Shown: positions 1 to 10,606 of the stretch, in pieces
Layout of the letters: each line of letters begins with the position of its first letter
Position numbering within the stretch: position 1 is the stretch's first letter
Made by a program: the position numbers and the translations under genes
NCBI GenBank assembly: GCA_963719315.1
Contig: CAVRBU010000002.1
Span: 384,001-448,000, forward strand
Origin: an uncultured Planctomycetota bacterium
Lineage (GTDB): Bacteria > Planctomycetota > Planctomycetia > Pirellulales > Lacipirellulaceae
Length of the DNA stretch: 64,000 nucleotides
Reading direction: 5' to 3'
The notes under the pieces: model-generated
What the model was told of the DNA's origin: nothing
Database searches by the model: none
Seen by the model: the letters and a program-made list of their open reading frames with translations, nothing else

Positions 1-503
1 TCCACCGTCGCGCCGCCGGGGCCGAAGCCGGTCGACGTTTTCACAAAATTCGCCCGCGCGCGTTGGGCCGCCTGGCAAGCGCGGGTTTTCTCATCATCGT
101 TGAGCAGTGCCGTTTCCAGAATGCACTTGCAGATCGCTCCGCCCTTCTTGCAGGCTTTGACGACGGCGCGGATATCGCGGTAAACCACATCATCGCAACC
201 GCTTTTGAGCGCGCCGACGTTGATGACCATGTCGATCTCGGTGGCGCCGTCCCGAATTGCCCGACGGGCTTCGCGGGCTTTCGTCTTGGTGGCATTCGCG
301 CCGAGCGGGAAACCGATCACGGTACAAACCTTGACCGGCGAATCGGCGAGCAGCTTCGCACAATGCTTGACGTAAAACGGGTTGACGCACACCGACGCGA
401 AGCCGAACTCTTTGGCTTCGTCGCATAGCTTCGCGATCTGGTCGAACGTGGCGTCGGCCTTCAAGAGCGTGTGGTCGATGTAGCGGGAGATGTTTTGAGA
501 CAC
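1..503 (-). CDS. deoC: Deoxyribose-phosphate aldolase, 3' end outside the window
   Basis: Manual translation from GTG at 503 gives [18 protein letters not shown]...FASVCVNP...CILETALL...[16 protein letters not shown], with the class I DERA motifs. Not in the ORF track because it runs off the window edge. Confidence 0.93.
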   Translation of the reverse strand, partial: MSQNISRYIDHTLLKADATFDQIAKLCDEAKEFGFASVCVNPFYVKHCAKLLADSPVKVCTVIGFPLGANATKTKAREARRAIRDGATEIDMVINVGALKSGCDDVVYRDIRAVVKACKKGGAICKCILETALLNDDEKTRACQAAQRARANFVKTSTGFGPGGATV

Positions 504-646
504 GGCCGGCAGCTCCCGAGTGTGCGTATCAAGGAAGAAGACGAGCTTCAGGAATATCGCGGAAATGCGAATTCCATGGTAGATACGGCCGGACAAGGAT
601 GTCAAACGGGGCAACCGTACATCGATGACTGCACTAGCGAACCGCC

Positions 647-692
647 AAAACACAACGCGTGCGAGCCTTGTTCGGGCTTCATACGCGTTGTG
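647..692 (-). terminator. Probable intrinsic terminator after the DUF1559 gene
   Basis: Inverted repeat CACAACGCGT...ACGCGTTGTG followed by TTTT on the minus strand. Confidence 0.55.
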
Positions 693-732
693 GATACGCT
701 TCAAGTAGCCGGGCGATATCTTTTCAGGGTTG

Positions 733-1725
733 TCATTGCTGGCTAGCGATGTCGTCGGCCGCACGCGTATAGAGCGAGATGAACGAATCGAGATCGACGT
801 TTTCGGTGATGAAGCTGACGCTACCGTCGCCCATCAACTCGTTGCCGCCACCAGAATGGAAGCTGTACAGGCCTTGATAGTTGTTGCAGTTCATCACCTG
901 GGTGAGAGGACAAGCGGGATCCTGGCTATTGCCCCACACTGCGTAGACGCCGTCATCGGCCCATTGGTAATCCTTGCCTGGGGGCGGTTCGGACATATCC
1001 GCTATGAGATTTCTATTCCTGCCGTAATTATTCGGCCGACCGGCGGACTCGAAGAACATGAACGTCTTGGAAAGGCCGTCCGTGCATTTTTTAAGCGATG
1101 TGGGCGTGTCTTGCAGCAGCCCTAACAGGCGATCGACCGAGCGCTTGCTCTTTGCCAGGCCGGTGTTCTCGACCAGAGAGCAGTAGGGGGTATCCAGGAT
1201 ATCAACCATCGTGAAATAGTCGGTCGTATATTTGCCGGGACGGCTTTCCGTAGAGGGACACAAAAAATCGGGGATATCCACCTTTACCACATCGTTGTTG
1301 ATGGTCTTCTTCGTCGGACTGAGACTTTTGTAATCCCAATTCGTCAACGGCGATTGAGTTTGGGTGTCGATCTGATCATATAGCGCTTGAAATTCCAAGT
1401 AGGGCAGAATGAACGTCAGAATGAAGTGGTGTGGTTTGCGGTTCGCAGGATTGCCTACCGAGTTCATGCCGGGGCAAGGGCCTCTACCGATCGCTCCGGT
1501 GTAATTCGGCGTATATGCCAACGGCAATTCCTTTTTCGCCGATTCATAATTCAAGATTGCCAGCCCGATCTGCTTCATCTTGTTGGTGCATTGCGTGCGG
1601 CGAGCCGCTTCGCGGGCGGCCTGAATGGCGGGAAGCAACAGGGCCACCAAAATGCCGATGATGGCAATGACGACCAGCAATTCCACCAACGTGAAACCGC
1701 GAGGCCGAGAATAACGCATTCTCAT
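733..1725 (-). CDS. DUF1559 family prepilin-like protein
   Basis: [40 protein letters not shown]-terminus; C-terminal H-X9-DG motif ([15 protein letters not shown]); GGAGG upstream of ATG 1725. Confidence 0.95.
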   Translation of the reverse strand: MRMRYSRPRGFTLVELLVVIAIIGILVALLLPAIQAAREAARRTQCTNKMKQIGLAILNYESAKKELPLAYTPNYTGAIGRGPCPGMNSVGNPANRKPHHFILTFILPYLEFQALYDQIDTQTQSPLTNWDYKSLSPTKKTINNDVVKVDIPDFLCPSTESRPGKYTTDYFTMVDILDTPYCSLVENTGLAKSKRSVDRLLGLLQDTPTSLKKCTDGLSKTFMFFESAGRPNNYGRNRNLIADMSEPPPGKDYQWADDGVYAVWGNSQDPACPLTQVMNCNNYQGLYSFHSGGGNELMGDGSVSFITENVDLDSFISLYTRAADDIASQQ

Positions 1726-1868
1726 AAAACTTTCCTCCAATGCTCTGATCCCGATTACTGAAATGAAAAAGGATAACGACGAGAATAGGTCAGTAATAAT
1801 TATTCGTTGCGAATTGAACCAAGATCATCTGAATTCTTGCGGATTCAGCTACGGTTTTTGAAGCTTTT

Positions 1869-2324
1869 CTAATGCGTTTTCAACTCGAACGGGGGCAGGT
1901 CGTTGGTACCCGCCTTGACGTCCACGGTGAACTGGCTCTTCTCCAAATTCATGTAACGGCCCTGCAATCGATCCGGGCCCATCTGCACACCGCCACCTTG
2001 CGCTGGGACGTCGGACTTCAACGTCCACTGCATCAAAACTTTGTATTGCCCCGCCGGCGCGCCATCGGCTTTCTCGATCAACGTCAATTGAAACTTTCCG
2101 TCCGCATCCGTGATACCGAACGGGCGCATCTTCTGCAGTTCCGGCGAACCGCCGACCGGGCAGAAGATCACCATCACACCGGCGGCCGGCTTACCATCGA
2201 CGTTCACGCTGCCATTGATCGGATATCGACTAATTTTACCATCGCCGCAACCAACTAACCCCAGCAATGCCAGAACCAAGAGCGCATGAAGTGGCGGACC
2301 AAAACCTCGATTGAAGGAACGCAT
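1869..2324 (-). CDS. Lipoprotein with carboxypeptidase-regulatory-like fold (usual DUF1559 neighbour)
   Basis: Lipobox LVGC; motifs GSVNVDGKP, GITDADGKFQL, GAPAGQYKV. Confidence 0.85.
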   Translation of the reverse strand: MRSFNRGFGPPLHALLVLALLGLVGCGDGKISRYPINGSVNVDGKPAAGVMVIFCPVGGSPELQKMRPFGITDADGKFQLTLIEKADGAPAGQYKVLMQWTLKSDVPAQGGGVQMGPDRLQGRYMNLEKSQFTVDVKAGTNDLPPFELKTH

Positions 2325-2541
2325 CCTGTCGCTCTCCGATTCTCAAAAAATGTCACAATGCCGGCCGACACTTCGCCGCAGCGGCGCACGTTGTTCCGCA
2401 ATTGCGCAGTCTGCCCTAATGATAGCGTCCCGACCCAGCGTTCGTCCATTTCTTGGCCGCGTTTCGGGCAGATTTTGCAAGAATTTACGCACTGAAGACG
2501 GCGAGTAGGCAGCGGAGTGCATCGCTCGACACACGTAAACG

Positions 2542-2575
2542 AAAAACCGCCGCGCCCATGTGGGAGCGCGACGGT
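2542..2575 (-). terminator. Probable intrinsic terminator after the PEP-CTERM gene
   Basis: GC-rich hairpin followed by TTTTT on the minus strand. Confidence 0.6.
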
Positions 2576-2615
2576 CAAGTTTTCGTCTAATCTGTTCGGA
2601 AAACCGGGGCTCTAT

Positions 2616-3347
2616 CTATTTGGCTCGCCGACGTAAACACGCGATGGCTAGCCCGGCAATCAGCGTCAACCCGGCCGTCGCCGGCTCGGGGACACCTTGA
2701 ACCAAGATATTGTCGAAACGATTGTTACCGGTTGATCCGGTTGCGCCGGAGAGCGTCAGGCGGAAAACGACGTTTGGATTGTTGGCCAGCGCCGTGATGC
2801 CGGTAAGGTTCGGCGAGACAACGTCAAACGACGTACTGGGGGTACCGCTTTCGCCCGTATAAGCGAGAGGCGTGAAAGATCCTCCGCCATTCGTGGAGTA
2901 GGCAAACGCACGCGACTGAAATCCGGTACCAGTACCGCGCTGTGCCCACGAAAGATTAATGTCGCTGAAACCGGTTGTGTCCACAGCAATCAGGATCTGC
3001 ATGCCATTATTGGAAAAGCCACCTACGCCGTCACTAACTCCTCCCTGAGGTGAAAGTGCTCCTCCGGCCGGATCACCGAACTGCGCGTTGCTGGTTGTCC
3101 CGGCGAAGCTCTGAATAGTAGTGTAAGCGCCGTTCGCTCCACCCGTTGTTGTATCGAAATTCGCTAAAGTGAGTGAACCGTTACCTGAATTTGGCGACTG
3201 GGGAAAATCGCCGGGAACGTACCCGAAAGTGCCGTCGGAAAAGGCGGTGGTGTTCTCATTCCAGTATGAAATGATGGCCGCGTTTGCCGAACTGGCAACG
3301 CCTGCCAGAACGATCAGGGCAGTTAAAACAATCGTAGTTCTCTTCAT
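2616..3347 (-). CDS. PEP-CTERM sorting domain protein
   Basis: Signal peptide; C-terminal VPEP, hydrophobic helix and RRRAK. Confidence 0.92.
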   Translation of the reverse strand: MKRTTIVLTALIVLAGVASSANAAIISYWNENTTAFSDGTFGYVPGDFPQSPNSGNGSLTLANFDTTTGGANGAYTTIQSFAGTTSNAQFGDPAGGALSPQGGVSDGVGGFSNNGMQILIAVDTTGFSDINLSWAQRGTGTGFQSRAFAYSTNGGGSFTPLAYTGESGTPSTSFDVVSPNLTGITALANNPNVVFRLTLSGATGSTGNNRFDNILVQGVPEPATAGLTLIAGLAIACLRRRAK

Positions 3348-3635
3348 TAGACTCTCATTCTTCCTGTTGCTTACAACTAAAAATTGCCTGTCTCACACCG
3401 AGCCGAGCCACTCGCCAGGCTTCAGGAGCCGGCTCGAACACTGACCCTATGGTACAACGATTTTGCAAAGATGCTATTAGTTTTATATGAATAATCCGTG
3501 ATTTTCTGATAATTGGTGCTTCAACTACTCCTTCTGGGGTAGTCGTGGCTAGAGCATTCGATGGAAGAAGGATTTGCTAGAAGCTCTGGAACTCGCGAAT
3601 CAAGTGATTTCCGGCGGTGAAGCGAGAGTTCCTAT

Positions 3636-3762
3636 TGCTTTGTCACAGCTAAAAATTGGGGTTGGGCGCATCAGCCGCAGGGGCGCTAGCCCCCGGTTTG
3701 TGCCGCTCCAACCGGGGGCTAGCGCCCCGCGGCTAATCCCAAAATCAAGCTGTGACAAAGCA
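3636..3762. mobile_element. MITE-like element, copy 1 (127 bp), with an internal REP-like palindrome
   Basis: 15-bp TIRs TGCTTTGTCACAGCT/AGCTGTGACAAAGCA, flanks CTAT and CTAG; near-identical copy at 45949-46073. Confidence 0.85.
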
Positions 3763-4536
3763 CTAGTACTGAAAATGCTTGATCGTCTCGCCTTTTTCGC
3801 CGATCTCGGTGAGCGAGTCGATGCCGATCGAGAGGTGGACGTCGGACCAATCGCGGTTGACGCGGACATCGCTTTCGCTGGTTTTGACGCCGTCGGGCGT
3901 CAGCGGTTTGTCCGATACGAGGAGCAGCGCGCCGCGGGCGATCTGGTTTTTGTGGCCGACGACGAAGATCGTGGCCGTCTCCATGTCGATGCCGATGGGT
4001 GTGTACTCTTGGAGCTGCTCGCGGAATTTTTCATCGTGCTCCCAGACGCGGCGATTCGTCGTGTAGATGACGCCCGTGCGGTAATCGAGACCGCGCTCGA
4101 CTAGTTTTTGCGACACGAATTTGTGGAGCTTGAACGAAGGGAGCGCGGGCACGAGCGGCGGGAGATAGTCGTCGGACGTGCCTTCGCCGCGAATGGCGCC
4201 GATCGGCAGGATGAAGTGGCCGATTTCGGTGGCGTGCTTCAGGCCGCCGCACTTTCCCAGCAGCAGCACGGCTTCCGGGTGATAGGCGGTGAGCAAATCC
4301 ATGATGGTCGCCGCATTGGGCGATCCGATGCCGAAGTTGATGATCGTCAGGCCGGCGTCGTTCGTGGAGGCTTGCATCGGGCGGTTGTCGCCGTAGATAT
4401 CGCAGGCAAAACGGGCGGCGAAGCGCTGCACGTAGTCGCGAAAATTCGTGAGCAGCACGAAATTGCCGAAGCGGTCCAGCGGCATGCCCGTGTAACGGGT
4501 GAGCCAGTCGGCGGCGATTTCAATCTTTGTTATCAT
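3763..4536 (-). CDS. amn: AMP nucleosidase (short PNP/UDP-fold type)
   Basis: WLTRYTG, LLTNF, NFGIGSPNAATIMDLL, LGKCGGL, IRGEGTS, TTNRRVWE, IDMETAT. Confidence 0.9.
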   Translation of the reverse strand: MITKIEIAADWLTRYTGMPLDRFGNFVLLTNFRDYVQRFAARFACDIYGDNRPMQASTNDAGLTIINFGIGSPNAATIMDLLTAYHPEAVLLLGKCGGLKHATEIGHFILPIGAIRGEGTSDDYLPPLVPALPSFKLHKFVSQKLVERGLDYRTGVIYTTNRRVWEHDEKFREQLQEYTPIGIDMETATIFVVGHKNQIARGALLLVSDKPLTPDGVKTSESDVRVNRDWSDVHLSIGIDSLTEIGEKGETIKHFQY

Positions 4537-4601
4537 TGTTGGATTGCGGATTGTGGATTGAAGAGGGTGATTCAATTCCGCGATCCGAAATTATCCGAGC
4601 T

Positions 4602-5072
4602 TTAATACACTTTGCGACTCGGGTTATTCTTCCACTCGGCGAACAATTGCTCGCACTCCTCAGGCAATATCTGCGGGATGAGTTTTACTTTGCTGCCGCC
4701 GATGCGGAGTAGTTCGGCGGCAGGGAGCTGTAGTTCGTTGAAGCCGGCGATGTCGGCGTCGGCAATCGTGGCGCCGTAGTACACGGTATCGACGCGGGCC
4801 CAGTGAAGGGCCGACATGCACATGGGGCAAGGTTCGCAGGTCGTGGCGGCGATCGATCCGTTGAGAAATATATCGCCGACCTCGCGGCAAGCCTCGCGGA
4901 TCGCGTTCACTTCGGCGTGGGCCGTGATATCGGTCGTCAGTACCACCGTGTTGTGCGAACACGATAACACCCGGTCACCGCGGGCGATCGCGCAGCCGAA
5001 CGGGCTTTGGCCGGCCGCGATGCCCTGGTGGCATTTTTCAATAGCCAACCTCATTAGTTCGGTCGGATTCAT
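4602..5072 (-). CDS. Nucleoside/guanine deaminase (CDA fold)
   Basis: PFG, TAHAEVNAIR and CEPCPMC zinc motifs. Confidence 0.9.
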   Translation of the reverse strand: MNPTELMRLAIEKCHQGIAAGQSPFGCAIARGDRVLSCSHNTVVLTTDITAHAEVNAIREACREVGDIFLNGSIAATTCEPCPMCMSALHWARVDTVYYGATIADADIAGFNELQLPAAELLRIGGSKVKLIPQILPEECEQLFAEWKNNPSRKVY

Positions 5073-5440
5073 GGTTAGGTTGCCCGCTTGTAGACGTAAA
5101 CCCGGTATACATTTTACCTTACGCAAATCGCCGAGGCGCTACAAGACGGCTCGGCGGCGACTGGTAGAATCAACTGGAGGGAATCACTGCACGATCGGCG
5201 CTCGAATGGGAACATTTTTCCAAGTCTAGGATTGGGTACCTGAGCAACGCCCCAGATGAGGCGATTGAGGCGTTGCCCAGGCCCCAGAAACTTCAAAATG
5301 CCTCTTTCTCGGAGCGTGAGATACTTTTTACCCCGCTTGGGGTTAAGTCAACTGGGGATGCCGCGCGAACATAGGTCGCAGAACTAGTCCAGCGGCCAAC
5401 ACCATCCATGTCTTCACGGAATACTAGGGGAGTTGAATCG

Positions 5441-6205
5441 ATGAATCGCTCGTTACTGGCGCGCACGTTCATGGTCGCGGCGCTTGCCGCATTGGTTTGG
5501 GCTTCCCAGGTAGTGGCTCAACCGCCGCAACCGGGTGGGTTCGGTGGGCCGGGCGGGCCAGGGGGCGGTGGAATCCTCGGACTCGCCATGCGCGACGAAG
5601 TTCAGCAAGAACTGCAGCTTGTGGACGAACAAAAGGATAAGGTCCGCGGCATCGCCGACGAGATGCGCAACAAGGTTCGCGACGAAATGCGCGGCATGTT
5701 CGAGCAAATGCGCGATCTAAGCGACGACGAGCGGCGCGCCAAGTTCGGCGAAATTCGCGACAAATTCGAAGCGATCAACGCAGACATGGAAAAGGAGCTG
5801 GATAAGGTGCTCCTGCCTCACCAGGTGGAGCGGCTCAAGCAGATAGACTTGCAGAACAAGATCCGCCAACAGGGCGCTTCGGCACTCACGGGCGGGGACA
5901 TTGCCAAGGCGCTCAACCTGACGGATGAGCAGCGCGAAAAGTTGGAGAAACGTGCCGCCGAGGTTCGGGAAGAACTACAAACCAAGATTCGCCAGCTTCA
6001 GCTCGAAGCGCGCGACAAAATGCTGGACGTGCTCACGCCCGACCAGCAGGCGCAACTAAAGAAATTGATGGGAGATCCAATCGATTTGAAGGATCAGCCC
6101 TTCGGCGGCCCGGGTGGCTTCCGCGGTGGGTTCAATCGCGGCGGTGGTCCGAATGGGCCAGGACGCGGCGGGCCGCCTCCGAGCGACAGCAACCAATCAA
6201 AATAA
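5441..6205 (+). CDS. Secreted helical protein, Spy/CpxP (LTXXQ)-like
   Basis: Signal peptide, LNLTDEQ/VLTPDQ motifs, Gly/Pro-rich ends, GGGGAG RBS. Confidence 0.7.
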   Translation: MNRSLLARTFMVAALAALVWASQVVAQPPQPGGFGGPGGPGGGGILGLAMRDEVQQELQLVDEQKDKVRGIADEMRNKVRDEMRGMFEQMRDLSDDERRAKFGEIRDKFEAINADMEKELDKVLLPHQVERLKQIDLQNKIRQQGASALTGGDIAKALNLTDEQREKLEKRAAEVREELQTKIRQLQLEARDKMLDVLTPDQQAQLKKLMGDPIDLKDQPFGGPGGFRGGFNRGGGPNGPGRGGPPPSDSNQSK

Positions 6206-6476
6206 CACTAAGCAGCACGAGCAACTTGGGAAGGAAACCATACGTATAGAATAACGTCGCGTGTGCGTCCGATGTGAACGGCATGCTTCGGCGAGGCCCG
6301 AGCATTTCCATACACGCGAGCACGCCAAAGGGCCTCACGATGAGCATGTGAGCGCGTGCGAGGGCATGCCACTCACCCCACCCACGCCGGCTATTGGCAG
6401 TTTGCCGCGACGCTTCGGCGGCGTGCAGCATGGAATTTGACTGGTTCGGTTAGCACTCAGGAATTGCAGGAATTCG

Positions 6477-8171
6477 ATGGAAGCAGGCTCGATACTCGTG
6501 AAACGTGGGCTTTTGTCGCCCCAGCAACTAAAACAACTACGGCTCGACCGGCCGGAGTCCACTCGGCTCGATGTGGCGGCCGTCGATCTCGGGCTGGTCA
6601 GCGAAGAGGCTGCGCTCCGCGCTTTGGGCGATGAAGTCGGCATCCCGTTCGTCGACTTGGAACAGCACAAAATCGATTTGACGCTGCTGAATGGTTTTCC
6701 GCTCAAGCTGATCCATCGCCACTCGCTCTTTCCACTCGAGCGTCAGAATGGCACGCTGCGCGTGGCGACGAGCGATCCCTTCGACCTCTACCCGCTCGAT
6801 GAGTTGAGTGCCACAACCGGCCTGACGATCGAGCCGGTGCTCGTCCAGCGCGAGCAGATCGCGCGACAGATCAAGGCTCACCTGGGCGTCGGCAGCGAGA
6901 CGATCGACGACCTGATGGCGTTACAAGACGAAGAGGACATCCAGCTTCTCGATGGGCTCGACAGTGACGGCGAATTGTCGGAGGAAGCCCAGGAGGCGTC
7001 GGTCATTCGGCTGGTGAACGAAATCCTGATCGAGGCCATCGATTCACGGGCGAGCGATGTGCACATCGAGTCGCAGGCTTCCGGCATCAAGATTCGGTAT
7101 CGCATCGACGGGATGCTACATCCGCAGCCGATTCCGCCGGAGATCAACCGCTTTCAAGCCGCCATGATCAGCCGCCTCAAGATCATGGCTCGGCTCAACA
7201 TTGCGGAGAAGCGGTTGCCGCAGGACGGCCGCATCAAACTCCGCGTTTCAGGCCGCGAGATCGACGTGCGCGTCTCTGTGATCCCGATGCTGCACGGCGA
7301 AGGGATCGTCATGCGTCTGTTGGACAAAGGCCGCATGAAGCTGTCGCTGGAAAGCATCGGCATGGAGCCCGATCTGAGTAAGCAGTTCGGCGAGCTGATT
7401 CGTATTCCGCACGGAATCGTGCTCGTCACCGGGCCGACGGGCTCCGGCAAAACGACCACGCTCTACAGTTCGCTGCTGGAGATCAAGGACGAGGCCACGA
7501 AGATCATCACGACCGAAGATCCGGTCGAGTACCAACTCGAAGGCATCAATCAGATTCAGGTGCATCCGAAAATCGGGCTAACGTTTGCGGCGTCGCTGCG
7601 TTCGATTTTGCGTCACGATCCGGATGTCGTGCTCGTTGGTGAAATTCGCGATATGGAAACGGCCGAGAACGCAATTCAAGCGTCGCTCACGGGGCACTTG
7701 GTGTTTAGCACACTCCACACGAACGACGCGCCGAGCGCGTACACGCGGCTGGTGGATATGGGCGTTGAGCCCTTCCTCGTGGCCAGCACGGTCGAAGCGG
7801 TGATGGCTCAACGGCTCGTGCGTACGCTGTGTGTGAAGTGCCGCGAAGCGTACGAGCCCAAGCAAGAAGACCTCCCGAAGGATTTCCCTTGGGAAGAGTT
7901 CAAGAAACGGGGAACGCCGCTGTATCGGCCGGTAGGATGCCGCGCGTGCCGTCAGCTTGGTTTCATCGGCCGGCAAGGCATTTTCGAGCTTTGCACCACG
8001 AACGACGCCGTTCGCAAGCTGGCTCACGACCGCGCCAGCAGTTGGGAAATCCGCAAGGCCGCCCGCGACAACGGCATGCGTACACTGCGCGAAGACGCCT
8101 GGTTGAAAGTGCTGGGAGGCGTGACGACGATTGATGAAGTGGCGCGGGTGACGAAAGGCGACCGGTTGTAA
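6477..8171 (+). CDS. gspE: Type II secretion ATPase GspE/PulE
   Basis: ASDVHIE, RLPQDGR, Walker [27 protein letters not shown], CxxC pairs. Confidence 0.95.
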   Translation: MEAGSILVKRGLLSPQQLKQLRLDRPESTRLDVAAVDLGLVSEEAALRALGDEVGIPFVDLEQHKIDLTLLNGFPLKLIHRHSLFPLERQNGTLRVATSDPFDLYPLDELSATTGLTIEPVLVQREQIARQIKAHLGVGSETIDDLMALQDEEDIQLLDGLDSDGELSEEAQEASVIRLVNEILIEAIDSRASDVHIESQASGIKIRYRIDGMLHPQPIPPEINRFQAAMISRLKIMARLNIAEKRLPQDGRIKLRVSGREIDVRVSVIPMLHGEGIVMRLLDKGRMKLSLESIGMEPDLSKQFGELIRIPHGIVLVTGPTGSGKTTTLYSSLLEIKDEATKIITTEDPVEYQLEGINQIQVHPKIGLTFAASLRSILRHDPDVVLVGEIRDMETAENAIQASLTGHLVFSTLHTNDAPSAYTRLVDMGVEPFLVASTVEAVMAQRLVRTLCVKCREAYEPKQEDLPKDFPWEEFKKRGTPLYRPVGCRACRQLGFIGRQGIFELCTTNDAVRKLAHDRASSWEIRKAARDNGMRTLREDAWLKVLGGVTTIDEVARVTKGDRL

Positions 8172-8173
8172 TT

Positions 8174-8265
8174 GGGAGTGGGGAGTGGGGAGTGGGGAAT
8201 TGTGAATCAGCGAATCCAAACTGCCGCTCTCGACACTCCGCATTCCACACTCCCCACTCCTCACT
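8174..8265. repeat. Heptameric GGGAGTG tandem repeats with a downstream inverted CACTCCC-type run
   Basis: GGGAGTGGGGAGTGGGGAGTGGGG...CACTCCGCATTCCACACTCCCCACTCCTCACT in the gspE-gspF spacer; same G-run at 56016-56043. Confidence 0.8.
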
Positions 8266-8271
8266 AATGCC

Positions 8272-9480
8272 ATGCCTGAATTTGCCTACATTGCTCGTGA
8301 CCTTTCCGGCAAACGCGTGGAAGGTATGGTTTCGGCCGGCAGTGAGCGCGAAGCTGCGGCTGCGCTTTCGGGCAAGTATCTGTTTCCGCTGAAGGTGTCG
8401 TCGGCCGATGGTCGAGCGGCGGGGGCGAACAAATCGCCGCGGGTGCGGGCTCGGATCATGGCCAGCACGTATGGGCAACTCTCCGCACTGCTCGGGAGCG
8501 GCGTTCCCCTACTCCGCTCGCTCGATTTGTTGCGCGAGCAAACGCCGCACAAGAATCTGGCAGTGGTGCTGGAAGACGTCCACTCGCGCGTGCAGGAAGG
8601 CGCGACGCTGGCCGATGCGATGGCCCGACATCCGCGGGCGTTTGGCGAATTGGCCACCAGTATCGTCCGCGCCGGTGGCGAGGGCGGCTTTTTGGAAGAA
8701 GCGCTCGACCGACTTGCAAAATTCACCGAACAGCAAGACGAGTTGAAAAGCCGCGTCGTCGGCGCGCTAGCTTATCCGACTATTTTGCTGATTCTGGGCA
8801 CGGCGATTGTCAACGTATTGATCATTTTCTTCGTGCCCAAATTCGAATCGCTGTTTCAGCGACTCCGCGATCGCGGCGAACTGCCGGCGGTGACGGATTG
8901 GCTGCTGTGGACGAGCCACACGATGCAGTCGTACGGCATCTTCATCGTGGGCGCGATGGTCATTGCAGGCTTGTTCATCCGCCGGCGGTTGCAGACCGAA
9001 GAGGGTCGCCAGTTGCTCGATCGAATTCGGCTCAAAGTGCCCGTTGTCAGCGGGATTTATTTGAGCATGGCTGTGTCGCGATTTTGCCGTGTGCTGGGGA
9101 CGTTGCTTGGCGGCGGAGTGCCGATCGTGCGGTCGCTCGAGATCAGCGCCGACTCGACCGGCAACCGGGTGCTATCGACCGCGGTTCGCGAGGCGGCCGA
9201 CAACATTTCGGCCGGCCAATCGCTGGCCGCGCCATTAGGCAGCAGCGGCCACTTCCCAGCGGACGTCGTTGAAATGATCGCCGTTGGCGAGCAATCGAAC
9301 AGCCTCGAAAAAGTGCTGCCACATATTGCCGATTCGCTCGAGCGCGACACCTGGCGACGATTGGATTTGTTCGTTCGCCTGCTGGAGCCGTTGATGCTGC
9401 TTCTGCTGGCAGGCGTGGTGCTTGTGGTCGTGATCGCCCTGTTGGTCCCCGTGTTGAAAATGAGTTCGACGATGGAGTGA
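8272..9480 (+). CDS. gspF: Type II secretion inner-membrane platform protein GspF
   Basis: MPEFAYIAR, LLGSGVPLLRSL, AGGEGGFLE, ALAYP, LLEPLM; two T2SSF repeats. Confidence 0.93.
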   Translation: MPEFAYIARDLSGKRVEGMVSAGSEREAAAALSGKYLFPLKVSSADGRAAGANKSPRVRARIMASTYGQLSALLGSGVPLLRSLDLLREQTPHKNLAVVLEDVHSRVQEGATLADAMARHPRAFGELATSIVRAGGEGGFLEEALDRLAKFTEQQDELKSRVVGALAYPTILLILGTAIVNVLIIFFVPKFESLFQRLRDRGELPAVTDWLLWTSHTMQSYGIFIVGAMVIAGLFIRRRLQTEEGRQLLDRIRLKVPVVSGIYLSMAVSRFCRVLGTLLGGGVPIVRSLEISADSTGNRVLSTAVREAADNISAGQSLAAPLGSSGHFPADVVEMIAVGEQSNSLEKVLPHIADSLERDTWRRLDLFVRLLEPLMLLLLAGVVLVVVIALLVPVLKMSSTME

Positions 9481-9543
9481 CGATTGGACTTTCTTTATAT
9501 TGAATGAACTGCTGAAAGAAACTTGAAATAGGAGCAATAAAAT

Positions 9544-9999
9544 ATGGCGACAAACATTCGCAATTCGCCGCGACTGCCATCGCAGATCGATCGGCGAGGT
9601 TTTACTCTGATGGAAGTTCTGCTCGTGCTGGTAATCCTCGTGATCCTGGCTTCGCTGGCGGTCACGACGTATAGCGGCATTCAGGACCGTGCCTTAAAGG
9701 ATGCGGCGAAAGCCAAGGTAGGCATTCTCGTGGGGCAGATTGATACGTACCAACTCCACATGCGCTCATTTCCCGGAAATCTTCAGGACCTGATCAACAA
9801 GCCGAACGATGCTCGGGCGGCGGAAAAGTGGGCGGGCCCCTACTTGAAGGAATCGAATGCCCTGCTCGATCCGTGGGACAATGAATTCCGGTTCGCGGCA
9901 CCAGGAAAGCATAATTCCGATTCGTACGATGTCTGGTCCACTGGTCCGGACGGTCAAGACGGCACCGGCGACGACATCGGGAATTGGTCGAATTCCTAG
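9544..9999 (+). CDS. gspG: Major pseudopilin GspG
   Basis: GFTLMEVL, WAGPYL, DPWDNEF, WSTGPDGQDGTGDDIGNW. Confidence 0.93.
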   Translation: MATNIRNSPRLPSQIDRRGFTLMEVLLVLVILVILASLAVTTYSGIQDRALKDAAKAKVGILVGQIDTYQLHMRSFPGNLQDLINKPNDARAAEKWAGPYLKESNALLDPWDNEFRFAAPGKHNSDSYDVWSTGPDGQDGTGDDIGNWSNS

Positions 10000-10010
10000 C
10001 CGACCAACTT

Positions 10011-10606
10011 ATGCGTCGTGAAGCCTCACCACCGTTGCGTAATGCCGGCATGACACTGGTGGAAATCTGCCTTGTGCTCGCACTATTGGTGGCGATTGCC
10101 GCGATATCCGTGCCGGCGATGGAAGGTACGTTCTCACGCGCCGCGCTCACAAGTGGCGGAGCGGTCGTGCGCGGGGGCTTCGCCAAGGCCCGGCTGGTCG
10201 CGATGCAATCCGGTCAGACCCAGGTCTTTCGCTTCGAACCGAAGGGTGCGCGATTTCAGATCGTCTCGTTGGATAAACTCGCGCTGCCCGAAAGCAGCGA
10301 GCTTCCGCCCGAAGATCCGGATACCGAACACGCGCCGGCCGATATCCTGCGTCTGTCGCAAACACGCTTGCCGGACAAAGTGATTTTCGCCGCGGGCGAC
10401 GTGGCCTCTTCGAACCAGGTCGCGGCCCTGCTTCGGCGCCGGAAGGCGGATCCTGGTCGGCCCCGATCTTGTTCAATCCGGATGGCACGACTTCCGACGC
10501 CACACTCCTTTTGCAAAATGATCGTGGCCAAACGATACGGGTGACGCTGCGCGGCCTCACAGGGATCGCCGATGCGAGCGACGTCATGCGGGAGGCAGTG
10601 CCATGA
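10011..10606 (+). CDS. Minor pseudopilin, GspH-like (apparent 1-bp deletion near 10434)
   Basis: GMTLVEI prepilin motif; shifted frame gives WSAPILFNPDGTTSDATLLLQNDRGQTIRVTLRGLTG ending in an ATGA overlap with the next gene. Confidence 0.75.

Noticed and set aside
3763..5072. Nucleotide-depleting anti-phage system
   Set aside because: Both proteins look like standard salvage enzymes with host-like composition and no sensor partner
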